Under the pieces are notes generated by a model. That model was not told where the DNA came from. It saw only the letters and a program-made list of their open reading frames with translations, and did not search any database. A stretch of DNA of 52,005 bases, counting the filler, from Bipalium vagum (taxonomy: Eukaryota), in the NCBI GenBank assembly GCA_037834085.1. It is 3 parts of 3 records of this genome, joined end to end, with 100 filler letters (N's around TTAATTAATTAA, not from the genome) between each part and the next. Parts side by side here need not be neighbours in the genome. Positions count along the whole stretch, not along the records: positions 1 to 16,086 come from JBBMKC010127810.1; positions 16,187 to 33,365 come from JBBMKC010075596.1; 1 more part is not named here. One strand, given 5' to 3'. Below, in pieces: positions 13,678 to 25,197 of this stretch. A program made the position numbers and the translations under genes. Within the stretch, counting starts at the first letter, position 1. Each line of letters begins with the position of its first letter.

Positions 13678-14844
13678 GTAGTATTAATATTGATTTGTTA
13701 TTGTTTCATTTAAAAAATTGAGATTATTTCCCGAACTATAAAAATTTATTAAAGATAAATGTTTTCGTTCTACTCATTAATTATAATCATATAATTCCAA
13801 TGATTTTTTATAAGGATTGAGAAAGCGACAATTGACTATTTTTTACATTTTTTTTTGAATGTAAGTATTTAATTTTAATTTTCCTTTTGGGAAACTAGTT
13901 AAGTGATAATGGCAGCAAATATCTTGAGAATTAATTAATATTATTATAATTGATTTTGTACTAAACTCACAGCTAACTTAAAAGTAAAATATTAAAATAA
14001 ACATGTGGTTAAAAATTGTAATTTCATTCCAGCGTAATTCCAATAATAGTATCACTTATATATCAGTTTAACCTTTATTATAATTAATAATAATATTAAT
14101 GAAAACAGACAATTTCTTCTTATGCTCAGTATTTTTGATAAAGTATGTTTAGAATTTCTTTTACATTAAACTGATCGTTGATAAACGGTAATAATATTCT
14201 TCTTTCAAGTTTTTATGAGTCAAGAGCTCAAAATAAATGGTTTATAATTTCTTGAATTCAGTATTATTTTCTCAAAGAAATTTTTAAATATTTTGATGAT
14301 AAATATTATAAGCTTTACAATTAGTCTATAGTTCAAATTGCTACAAACTAAAAATAATTATGTAGACATTAAGTTACCATCTGTCTCTTTACTACTCTTT
14401 TTTGCAAACAATGAAAGAAAAATGATCAGTTCAACAATAAAATTTTATTAATATTATACAATAATATACAATGAACCGCAAAACGTTAAATGCTTCAATC
14501 AACCAAATTACCGATCCCCGTTCAACTCTTTCACAATCAATTTATAGATCTTGATCATTGTCCAACAATGACCCAATTAATACTAGAATTGTCAAATAAT
14601 AATTCAAGGTAAAAATGCCAGTCGATCAAATCATTAAATACTTGTAATTATTAAACAATAATGATAAAAGTAAATCAATAATTTTTAAAATTAAAATCGA
14701 TCACAGATTAAAATTGAAAAACAAAAAACCCTTGCCAATTAGTGAGTTTCAATTAATCCCTGGTTCGTCAGTTAGTCTCGTCTAAAGACGACCGAATTAT
14801 ATAGAGTCGGTTGATTTTCCTTCATAACAAACAAATTGAACATA

Positions 14845-15990
14845 TTAGGTGTATTCGTATTATTCCGGTTTTTTTATAAATAAAAAAGACATTTTTAAAA
14901 AAGTTATTTAATAAAATTTAATCCAAATATTTTCCATTTACATATATGACATTGGACGATCTTTAGGTAAGGAATGGATTCCACGAAAATAAAATTCTGG
15001 TTCTTTTGAAGAAATCCAGCTATCAATCCATTTTTGAAGGTCCTCATCGAAAAATGTATGTTGCATATAACGGAACAAATGGAAATATGAAGGAGCAATA
15101 TCTGGTGAATATGGCGGTTTATATAAGACTTCCCAGTTTGTACCTTCTAAGTAATTATTTACAATAGAATGAACACGTGCTCTGGTGTTATCGTGTGATA
15201 AAATTATCTTGACATATCTGTCTGCCAATTTTTAACTTTTCTCTTTCATAGCTTGTCTCAAACGAATTAATTGGGATCGATAACGTTCACCACTCATCTT
15301 TTCTGATGGTTTTAATAGTTCATAATAAATAACACCTTTTTGATCCTACCAGATACACAGCATCACTTTAGATCAATAAGCATTCTGCTTGGGCGTTAAT
15401 GTTCTCGATTCTCCAGACTTCACTCTGGTGCTATGCGTTTTGGGTTGTCATATCGAATCCATGTCTCGTCTCCTGTCACAATGCTATACAAGAAACTTTT
15501 TCTTTGTTTTCTCTGAAGATGGATATCACAAACTAATTCGCAGTTCAATATCTCTTTCTGTGAATCTATGTAGGACCAATTTTCATAATTTCCTTATTAT
15601 TCCCATACTTCTCAGACGTTGGGAAATGCACCCTTGGCTCACATTTAAAACAATGGACAATTCGGTTTGCGTTTGACATGCGTCTTCGTGTAGTAATTGT
15701 GCCGATTTTTCATCTTCAAATATTTTTTGTGGTCTACCATGCTCGTTGTCAAAACCATTCTTTGCATGTCATAGAGGAAGCAGGATAATTGTTGTAAGCT
15801 TCTACCAACAAGTGGTTTGTTTCTGCTAAGGTTTTATTTACAAAAAGTAATGCAATATTACTTCCCGCAAATGAAGTTTTATTTGAAACAAAATTGGCCA
15901 TTTTGAATTTCTGTATTATTTAAACAATATCTATTTAAATAAATTTATGTTTTTATTGAATAATATAATATAATATCTTACAAATAATAT
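14845..15990 (-). mobile_element. Decayed mariner (DD34D), Mos1/mauritiana-like
   Basis: TIR TA|TTAGGTGTATTCG at 14845. ATG at 15901 gives MANFVSNKT..HLREVILHYF. Motifs HDNTRARVH, WEVLYKPPYSPDIAPSYFHLFR and FYFRGIHSLP. The second TIR was not seen. Confidence 0.88.
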
Positions 15991-16086
15991 ATGATATTAG
16001 GGTGAGTCATAATAACTCGCGTTTTTTACAAATTTTCTTTACATAGAAATGTTATAAGTATATTAACTTTTAAATATCTAATTAAT

Positions 16087-16186
16087 NNNNNNNNNNNNNN
16101 NNNNNNNNNNNNNNNNNNNNNNNNNNNNNNTTAATTAATTAANNNNNNNNNNNNNNNNNNNNNNNNNNNNNNNNNNNNNNNNNNNN
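16087..16186. other. Artificial scaffold-joining spacer (N44-TTAATTAATTAA-N44)
   Basis: Exactly 100 nt; the central 12-mer places a stop codon in all six frames; identical to 33366-33465. Confidence 0.95.
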
Positions 16187-16959
16187 TATATACTGGTGCG
16201 TCAAAACCAAAAGACAGCAAAAAGCAAATATAAAAAGTAAAAAGAAAAGCATAAAGACACAGAAAAACAGTGTATGAAATTTGATCAAATCAACAGAAAA
16301 GTTTCTTTTGTTTTTAAAGTAAACATATGTATATATTATATTTTGTTACTCTGTTCGATAATATCGACACAGAAGTTCAATTAATAATTAAATAAAATTA
16401 ACTTTGAACACTATTAAACAATCCTAACAGATTGACTTGTGATTAAATTTATACTTTCTTCTAATTAAATACTCGATCTTAATTGAGAATCAAGTAAATT
16501 TTGTTGTTATTTCCCGTTCTTCTTTTGTTTTTTTAAAGTTTACAGGGCCACTAGATGGTAAAATTCCGAGGACTTTAGCACACTAGACAAAGTCTGTATC
16601 TAAAGATTTGATACTGATCAAATTACAAATTACAAATTAAAGATTACAACTGATCTTGACAGTTGTAATTTATAGATTTTTGTAAAAAAATTAATTGTGA
16701 AATATTTATCAATAAAGACTATTAACCCAATTTTTTCCTTAGTTACAAATTTTTTCATTTTATATTGTGATAGTAAAAATTTTGATATTGATATTTGATT
16801 CGTAATTCCTTCTGATTTCAAAGATATTGTTGAATTACCTAAGTCTCGCAATCGATTTTCTTAACCCATTAACTCATATTTTTCGGAATCGTTTTATTTC
16901 TTTTTATATTACTATTTCTATTATCAATTATAAATTATTGATTAATTAATTTTTTGTTT

Positions 16960-17360
16960 ATTAATTATTGATTATTTTTAACTTTTGTCGATTTGGACAT
17001 TTATATTTTTTGATTGCTTCGTGTTTTCTTTTCAGTAACATTGGCTATTTGAAACATTTAACATTATCCTATTGTATGATCACTTCTGTAGTTGTGATAG
17101 AAAGAATAAAGTGTTATTCGTAATTGTTTTGATTCATTCATTTGCGAACACGTTTTGACATTAGTGAGGGGGTTAGTAAACTTTAAGAGCTATGTGTTAC
17201 AAGGTTTCATAATAATTTAATTACGTAACAAAATTAATAAATTATTTTCTGTTTCTGTGTTTGTCCATTTATTTTAGTTAAAATATTTAATATTAACGAG
17301 AATGAATATTATCGATGTTGGTGCTTTTATTTAGAGTTTTATATAACAAAACTGATACCA
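16960..17360 (+). repeat. Unclassified dispersed repeat, copy 1 (homologous to 32590-33300 on -)
   Basis: AATAAAGTGTTATTCGTAATTGTTTTTGATTCATTCATTTGCG...AGTGAGGGGGTTAGTAAACTTTAAGAGCTATGTGTTACAAGGTTTCATA aligns with the reverse complement of 33105-33225 (AATAAAGTGTTATTCATAATTGTTTGATTCATTTATTTGCG...AGTGAAGGGGTCAGTAATTTTGCGAGCTAGTGTTACGACAGGGTTCATA). Confidence 0.8.
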
Positions 17361-17549
17361 AAGTACTTTTTCTCCTCTACATCGGACAACACAATTCATT
17401 TATTATAGTAGACATACTCTTTCGTTTTAACCTTAATTATTGATAATAATAATATTAGTAATTATTAATAATAACTGATAACATATAATGGTAATTCAAA
17501 ATTTATAAAACTTTTTATTAGTCTTTTTCTATATTAAAAGTCTTCACTT

Positions 17550-17780
17550 AAGTGATTTAAAATATAATTAATTATTCAGCTCAGGCGAATACGTTTAGGT
17601 TGAGCTCAGTAATTGAAGCTCTCAAGGACCCATTAGTGAAAAAAAAGCTGGCGGAAAAAGAACAAAGAAGGTTGACTTAAAATCTAATTGATTATTCAGT
17701 TCAGGTGAATACATTCGGGCTGAGTTGAATAATTAAAAACTCCCAGATTCTTCATTACCTAATGAAAGAGAGATGGCAAA
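17550..17780 (+). repeat. Diverged 120-bp tandem duplication, each copy carrying a ~49-nt hairpin
   Basis: 17568 TTAATTATTCAGCTCAGGCGAATACGTTTAGGTTGAGCTCAGTAATTGA and 17688 TTGATTATTCAGTTCAGGTGAATACATTCGGGCTGAGTTGAATAATTAA; flanks are also similar. Confidence 0.85.
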
Positions 17781-17899
17781 CATAAGTTGTATACGACTCC
17801 TTCGTGATCTCCTCTCCATTCTTTAACTTGGTAACCTTGACAATTCTTGTCGAACGGAATAAAATATACATTATCTTCTTCAAGTGAATCTCAGCATTA

Positions 17900-18330
17900 G
17901 GCATTTTTGGAATTAAGTCGCCTTTTAGAATTCATACTTTTGCCTCACGCGATTAGAAAGCCTCATAAAAATATTTCCAAGTTTCATTACCAGTCACCAA
18001 TAGATTTAAAATTCTGGGACCTCCCAATTCAAACTTAACAATGTTCTCCTGTCACAACACTTCCATTTAATTTATTATTGGATTATTATCCACAGATCTT
18101 TGTTAATCAGATATCAAACAGCAGCTACATTTTCATCAGTAGACACATCTGTTGGGCCATCTGAAAATGGAAGGTGATCAAAGGATGTTCTGACCATCTG
18201 AAACTTATGGAACAAACTGGTAGCGATTAAGTATTTCACATTATTTGATCCCAAAACATCATTCATTTCATTGGGGGTGTATATCACGGATATCTTTTTA
18301 AAAGTAACCAATTAATACTCGAATTTCTCC
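17900..18330 (-). mobile_element. Mariner transposase remnant (N-terminal half)
   Basis: Minus-strand fragments GPTDVSTDENVAAV and LNLLVTGNETWKYFYE (compare mariner IVTGDETW.Y.YE). Confidence 0.7.
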
Positions 18331-18849
18331 AGAATAAAATACGATATATTTTTTTACTGAATTTTAATAATTATTAAAATAAAATCTAATATTTATACTT
18401 TTAAAATTACAATTTCATTTGATGTTTTAATTGATTTGATTAAACAAATATTAATATAAGCAAATATGAAATTAAATAGAATAAGCTTTTGTTATTTTTT
18501 ATTTTTATTTATATTGATTGTTTGTTATTAACTATTTTTTACGACTACTATTGATTAATTGAATTAAACTTATTTTGCAAGTTATTTTATAAACAATAGT
18601 GGCTAATTAGCGATTTCGTTGATTGATTGTATTTACTAAAACCTTTTTATTTTGATATCAATAAAGTTTACACACAGACTGTGTTAATTATAGTTTGAAT
18701 AAAAGGGAACACAGCTAATAGTAACAGGGACCAGATATATTATAAGTTATAAACAATATATCAATAGATATATGTATTAATTAGCAATTAAATTATCATT
18801 TATTTCCAGTTTAAGTACGGTTATACCGATATAAGAAATATATTTATCT

Positions 18850-19170
18850 CCTGAACTTCCAATGAGTCTTTTCTGTAATATTTACCGCGTCTACACGTGG
18901 TTCAAATAGGTTCCCTTTAACTCTATGATTAGACAAAAATCTTGATGATCGTATAATTAGCAGAATAATGGTTGAAAAACCAAGTATTTAAAAGGACACT
19001 ATCCAAAATTCAACTGCACCTTAAAAAGGACTCACCAAAAGCATCCACAGATGCTAAAGTAATTCATGTGTTATGCTGTAAGACAGTTCCAATACAGAGA
19101 GTACTGGTATATCAATTTAATTTCCGTCCCTTTAATCATTTTTCTTTCATTGTTCTTATTTCACACGCTA
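18850..19170 (-). mobile_element. hAT (Tip100/ZMYM1-like) transposase remnant
   Basis: Minus-strand fragments ..HN..TLASVDAF, WFFNHYS and LFEPRVDAV loosely resemble the hAT C..H.LNLA..DA, FF..S and W..R.DA blocks; very degraded. Confidence 0.4.
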
Positions 19171-19199
19171 AGTAGGGTGATGAAATATTTTTTTCCAAA

Positions 19200-19440
19200 T
19201 TGAAGACCTATCTGCTTAAGAGCGAGAAGATTTTTCTTAAATAACTTTCCAAAGAATTATATAAAATAATAAATATATATATCAAGGACGATATTCACTA
19301 ATTTGTAAAACATCATTTTTTACAAAATACACTTTATAAAATTAAATCGTTACTTTGGTATGTTTAAATAAAAGCAACCTTCGCCGTTTAGTCCTAAACA
19401 CACAGTTCCATATATTTGACATCTTTTTTAGGAACTTAAT
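19200..19440 (+). repeat. Non-coding dispersed repeat, copy 1 (copy 2 at 49383-49600)
   Basis: Shared blocks in the same order: TAAGAGCGAGA(A/G)GATTTTT, ATCAAGG(A/T)CG, AAGCAACCTTC(G/A)CCGTT, TTAGGAACTTAA. Confidence 0.75.
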
Positions 19441-20099
19441 ACAACTTTATTTTAGATTTTTTATTTTTTTGTAATTAATTCAGTACAGAAACACAACGTA
19501 AATCATTTAGATTTATCAGAGTTTTTTGTTCACAATATAGAAGTAAAGCACGAACTAATAATCCATTAACCATTATAGATCTGTTCTTTTTATAAAGTTA
19601 TTTACTAGAAGGTATATTAAATAATAATAATTTTCAAATAATAAATACTTAAGGAGCATCCGTCATTTGCTCAAGAATTAAATAAAATAAAAATACATGG
19701 TTAAAACTGAGATCGTAACACATTTAGTTGACGATTTGATAACTTTATAGAAGGATTACTCAAGCTATCTTAAGTCAATAATCATCTATCCTTTAAATAA
19801 GTAAAATGAAATACTTTAATAAAGTTACAGAAGTATTTCGGCCATCTTATAATTTTAATGTCATCAATATATTTTATTACACACAACCCAGTTTTTTATT
19901 CGATTATTTGGAATTCTCTGCTGAGAGGAAATTTAGCAAAACAACTTTAATCTTATCTCATAACACAACAATGTATAATTCTTGTGTACTATCGAAAGAG
20001 GTGAATCTATGATATATGAACTGAAAATAACAGTATAAAAATAAAGAAATCACATTATCATGGTTTCCTTTGTTTATTTTTTTTATAATGCTACAATAA

Positions 20100-20560
20100 A
20101 TTTTACAATAGTAACCTTTTTTTTCACAGGTTAAAGTATGGTCAATATACCAAATCCTTAAGCTGTGATTCAACCTTTTTGTTCTAGTCAATTTCTTCCA
20201 AATATCAAACTCCAAAATGCCCTCAACTTCCTTCAATTACACCAAAAATAATTAACCACCCAGCTTTAAGTAAACGCACATCCCATCGCACATCCATAGT
20301 TTTATAAAACCCAAATATTTCTATTTCAAATACATCACGTACTCCCAAGAAATTGATCATTGTTCTCTGCATATGAGTTGGCCGTTAATATACGGTTAAA
20401 TAGATAATTTTACTTAGTCACGAAAGGTCAATCTGCTTTGAGGTCCTTGTAGTGTCATAGTAGTTTAAGATATTTACTGGCGTAAATTATACCCCACATA
20501 CCAAGCGACATGATAAGGTTATCGTTTATAAACCCCTAAAAGCTACAGAACCCTACTATT
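20100..20560 (-). mobile_element. rosa (DD41D)-like transposase remnant
   Basis: Minus-strand fragments LTANSY...FL, NIWVL*NYG (compare MWFQQDG) and ILEFDIWKKL (compare LDFFLWG.LK); heavily decayed. Confidence 0.45.
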
Positions 20561-20908
20561 TTCCCGTACTGATATGTAATATATACACTCACATACAGTA
20601 TTCGCGACATAAAAACAAAAAAACTGAAAAAATTGATCAAACGCAATTGATCTTAGTAATTCAAGTTATAAGATGCGAATGTCAAAACATTTTAAAAGAT
20701 ACTATAGTATAGAGAAATCAAAACTTTCAAAATGATTATTTAATAATACTTTCTAATTAATATTAAAACATTTGTGTATATTTATTTATATCATGTAATT
20801 CCTTCCATATTAGTTTATTCACATTATACAGTAGAATCCGCTTAATTTGATCACATTGGGACCTGCAACTTTCGATACCATTAACTGTAGGATATAAAAA
20901 TTACTATA

Positions 20909-21038
20909 GGGGTCCGCAAAAAAAACTTAGTTTTTTCTAAATTATTTATTATACTACAAAAACATATTTTATAATATTATAATAATAATATATAATAAAA
21001 ATATAATTTTGTAAAAACGGATTTTTTTTGCGGACCCC
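20909..21038. mobile_element. 130-bp MITE with perfect 17-bp TIRs and TA target-site duplication
   Basis: TA|GGGGTCCGCAAAAAAAA ... TTTTTTTTGCGGACCCC|TA with an almost pure AT interior. Confidence 0.85.
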
Positions 21039-21394
21039 TACCTACTTTTATTAATTTTATTATATCAACATAACAAACAACAATTTTACTTAAAATTTAT
21101 TACCTTTTCCTAAAGTCACATTTTATAAAAACAATATTTTATCTGAAATATTCATCCAGTGTTTTTGGAGTATTTTTGCGTTCAATAATTCCAAAAAATG
21201 ATAGTCCAAAAAACAAAATTTACAAAATAATGGTTATAAAAAAAATTCCCTTGATTTTTTTAATTTCTCTGTATAGCTGCACTATTTTTAGATATCGATA
21301 TTTTAATATTTTTTGAATCCTTTTTCAACTCTAAAAAAAATAGTAATCATAATCAATGTTTGTTAATTTTTTTTCAAAAACAATTTTAGAAATA

Positions 21395-22194
21395 CAATGC
21401 TAAGTAAATAAAAACAGAATTTCCGACATTTTATTTTATTTGCTTTTAACAAAGACCAGAAAATTACCGAAATAGTTCAAGATATTTGAGCTGTGAACTG
21501 AGAAAGCGAAATTACGTGAAGCAATGCTATGATTTGTACACAATATTCCAAAAATGAAATTTCAATCTTCTAGACACCCCACAGCGGTTGGTCAACCATG
21601 TTCGATGAAGACAAATTAAACATGGATATGATGGAGGATGGTCATTAGGATTACAGAGAAATACCTAATGCAATAACAATAATTATGAAAGTCATGTGCA
21701 TTGGGAAATTCTTCTTGGTGGTTGATAAGAACCTTTATATATCCCAATTACAAAGATTAAATGAAGCTATTAAACAGTAAAAGCCCAACCGAAGATGAAG
21801 GGGTCCCTAGTTGATGATAACGTGCGACCGCACTCAACTGTGTCAAACTTGTGCTTCAAGATCTCCATTTTGAGGTTGTTATACATATTCTCCAGACCTA
21901 GCTCCAAAGATTTTCAGCTGTTCCGCTTGATTTCCAACCAATTGGTTGGCCTTACATTCGATAATGAGGAGCTTATAAAGTAGCTGAACAACTTATTTGA
22001 GACTAAACCCAAGAATTTCTGTAGTCGTGGCTTCTACAAACTGATAAACAGGTAAAAGCAGGTTGTTACCAATGACGGATGTTATGTCACCGACTAATCT
22101 GTTATTATTATCTTAGAATAAATAGTGTTTATAAGATTTATTTCTTGTTTATAAATGAATATTAAAAATCGTGGAAATGTATGTTACAATCTAA
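21395..22194 (+). mobile_element. Internally deleted mariner remnant
   Basis: FRHFILFAFN, DDNVRPHS, YSPDLAPKDFQLFRLISNQLVGLTFDNEE, ..VVTNDGCYVTD*; ends in a TIR-like ...ATGTTACAATCTAA|TA. Confidence 0.85.
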
Positions 22195-22937
22195 TATATA
22201 AACAATTCAATTCCTAGTTCATTAAGTGATAAAAACTTCAATTATTCAACTGTCTTTTTATTTTTATTTACAGAAAAAAGTTTAATTTTTCATGCATTGA
22301 TTTATTCATTTAAATTTATATTAATTAACAAGATTGACAATTTTACTATTGTACGATTTTTGTAAATTAAAATACTATTAGTAAAATTCTTAAGTAAATG
22401 ATTACCTTTTTATGAAGAAAATTAATATTTTTGCTATAAAAGACTGTAGTTTTATTGAATCCAAATTTATCTATTTGTGTTCTTTGTATTTCCAAAGAAA
22501 GTTTTTAAAAAATTCATTTAGTTCAGTGAAAGATATAGCGCGTGGATATCTGCAAGTCAATGAAGACAGTTTAATTATTTCTAATTGTAACTTTGTGTTT
22601 TCAATTATTTTTAGTTAATATTGTAATTTTTAATAAATCCAGAGAAACTTGCAATTTTTAAATAAAATAACGAAACTTTAATTAGTTAGTTTTATGAGAT
22701 ACGATAATTTTTGATTTAGAATTGCAAGAGTTAGAAGAGAAAGAAAAGAAATTTAGAAACGATCAAGTTTTTGAATAAGTAATATTAATTTTTATATTTC
22801 GAATATAATTAAATATTACAAGGAAATTAAAATCATGTAGAGAAAAGATTTTAGAATCGAATAAAAATTAAAATAGAATGCTCGAGGAAAAACCATGTTT
22901 GGAGTGTGAAAGATTTGAATAAGTTTAGTATTTGTTT

Positions 22938-23497
22938 TTAAATTTCTAAAATAAAAAAATATTCTAGTACCATCTTGACAAAAGACCAAAAGATCTAATC
23001 TATTTACGAAGTTCGATTTTGTGAAAATGAAATCCTGTTCCGACCAGCGTTCATCGTTGGAATCACAATCAAACATAGGATCATCAAAAGTGAGCAATAT
23101 ATCGGCCTTGTGTTCTTTGTAACGAAATAAAACGCAGAGTAATATGAAGAGGATGTTTTTGGATTTCATTACAAGTAGAAACACATTCTTTTGATTTTAA
23201 CAATAAGCCAGAATCACAATCTTTGCTTTCTTAAAGTAATTTGTGTATATCAATTATTTCAAGAATACTAATATGACTTGCATCATTTGTTACACAAACA
23301 TCATCAAAATGCAGCTTAATCGCATCATTATCAGCACAATCAATTTTATCAAGTATCTCAATAATAATACTTTGATCAGAATTTTCATGACACCAAACCT
23401 CTTGGTTATCTGGAATTTGTCGAAAGTCACTCACATCAACACAATTATCTGGTAGATTACATTGAAATGCTCCTCCAAATAACTTAGTTAACTTCAT
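22938..23497 (-). pseudogene. RANGRF: MOG1/RANGRF (Ran guanine nucleotide release factor), disrupted by one in-frame TAA and one frameshift
   Basis: LFGGAFQCNLP...DVSDFRQIPDNQEVWCH...DQSIIIEIL...AIKLHFDDV is the Mog1 signature. After TAA (23231-23233) the same frame continues ESKDCDSGLLLKSKECVSTCNE (compare VSKFNE). A +1 shift near 23138 then gives CVLFRYKEHKADILLTFDDP...WSEQDF. The 3' end is 22938 with a 25-nt intron, or 22816 without it. Confidence 0.9.
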
Positions 23498-23546
23498 GAT
23501 TGAAGGTAAGGTTCCAAAATAAAATTAATTTTAATTTAAATTGAAA

Positions 23547-24105
23547 ATGAATCTCAGTTCTGTTACAAAAGAAAAAAATAACTTATTAGAACAATATAAA
23601 AATTCTATAAAAGAAAATTTAAATAAAATGACTAAAGACACAGAAAAAAATAAAAGATGTGGTAAAATTGACTGTCTTGTAGTTCTAGAAAGAGACCAAG
23701 AATGCCAAGTGACTTAAGCGAATAGAGTTATGATTTTTACGAAAATAAATGTATTCTTTGTTATTTTAAATTTCTTAAATGATCTTTAAAATATTTGTGT
23801 GCCAAAAAAATGTATTGGTCGCGTAATCCAAACCTGCGCAATTTCCTGTACTGAGCAATCAGCGAAAATATGGAAATTCCAATCCACTGGCATCTTTGTA
23901 GACTTTATGTAATATAAAAATTGTAAATAAAATAGCTCTTTTTTATTAAATAAATAATAATTAAAAATCCATTATAATTCATCAGTCTATGCTATTTTTA
24001 TCCTTAACAGCTTCAAGATTCCTTATCCGCAGGCTGCAGTGAACAGTGGATCCAAGATAATCAATCTGGATTAACTTTTGTGTATAAGAAAACAACTCTG
24101 ATATG
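23547..24105 (+). pseudogene. MED22: Probable Mediator subunit MED22 (SURF5) pseudogene, divergent from MOG1
   Basis: ATG 23547 gives MNLSSVTKEKNNLLEQYKNSIKENLNKMTKDTEKNKRCGKI, resembling MED22 [33 protein letters not shown]. Later fragments YDFYE, SKPAQFPVLSN / NLRNFLY (compare QDNYEM, SDLKQFLILND) and, after acceptor TCCTTAACAG| at 24010, LQDSLSA (compare LRDEIS). Several stops and frameshifts; recognised by eye only. Confidence 0.55.
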
Positions 24106-24759
24106 ACCCACCCCATTATCCATGCTGATCAAGACTATCCTGAAATTATGAATTATACTCTTTCTTCCTTGTATACTGTCAATGGTATTATAATTGTTTT
24201 ATGTATAATTCATAGTTATGTAGAAATTTATTTTCACTAACAATAATCAATATTTAACCGATGCAGTTTTTGTTTTTTGATTTACAAAATCGCATGATAC
24301 AATGTAAATACCGCTACTTCAAATTTAATAACATGTTCTTAATTCTCAATGTAATGATTTTGCCGATGATAGGCCATGCTGAAACAAATGACGTTTATCA
24401 TAAACACATGCTGGTTGACTATATCCATGACACTTATGCTTGTTTCATACAATTTATGACCTTTATGTAGATAAAATTTATTTTGTATATAGATGCTGTA
24501 TTTTTCACTTTTATTTCCTCATTTGATGTATCCAAATATGAAGATTAAAAACTGTCGCACAAGAAGATTTTTGTTCTTTTTAAAAAATCAAGTTAATAAT
24601 ATATTTAATTGGGGAACTGTTATTATTGTAATCACTTAACATAATCAAATATAGCTTAATAATAATAATAATATGCACCACATTTTCCCGATTGTTTAAG
24701 TTAATTATTGAAGTCAGTTAACTATTAAATAAATTTAAAATAAAAATTTTTCTCTTAGC

Positions 24760-25197
24760 TGGAAACATACTTCCCATCGTAAAAAGCTTTCTCATTTGCA
24801 AATGGTTTAGAAGTAATGGGGATTGAAGAAGAAACTGAGAATATTCATGATTCATCCGAAATTGCTGTATTAGAACCATTGGATAAAACGAATGAAATTA
24901 AAATTTGTGATATTTTAGAAACTTTAAAAATAGTTAAGGAATACTATTTTACAGAAAATTACAATGAAGTTGTTTATACCAACTTACTTAACGTTGAGAA
25001 TGATCTCAGACTTTTCAAGAATAAATTGATCCAGAGAAAAATTACGGAATATTTTAACTTTAAATAAAATTTAATTATAATAACATCAAATTTTATTAGT
25101 ATTTTATTTTAATGATTATATCGTTTAAACAGAATTTTTCGCATAACAGAATAAACTTGTGTAGACCCATTTTTTCTGTTTAAGTAGGTTATACTGT
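24760..25197 (+). mobile_element. pogo/Tigger transposon 3' end
   Basis: ORF 24816-25067 ends in QRKITEYF, a PIP-box-like tail typical of pogo transposases, followed by a TIR-like ...TTCTGTTTAAGTAGGTTATACTG. Confidence 0.7.

Noticed and set aside
16546-16560. CTCF-like motif GGCCACTAGATGG
   Set aside because: A single short match with no supporting context; similar words occur in transposon subtermini.
22500-22565. SERYSAWISASQ* as the missing last Dlg exon
   Set aside because: Lies beyond an artificial spacer, similarity is weak, and the preceding conserved residues are absent.
7356-23233. Reassigned TAA codon suggested by in-frame TAA in both Dlg and MOG1
   Set aside because: The 527-codon GPCR and the Dlg exons contain no internal TAA or TAG despite strong AT bias, and MOG1 also has a frameshift; decay explains it better.
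23995-24010. U12-type branch point TCCTTAAC (also at 4063)
   Set aside because: No matching RTATCCTT donor found; such words are expected by chance in AT-rich DNA.
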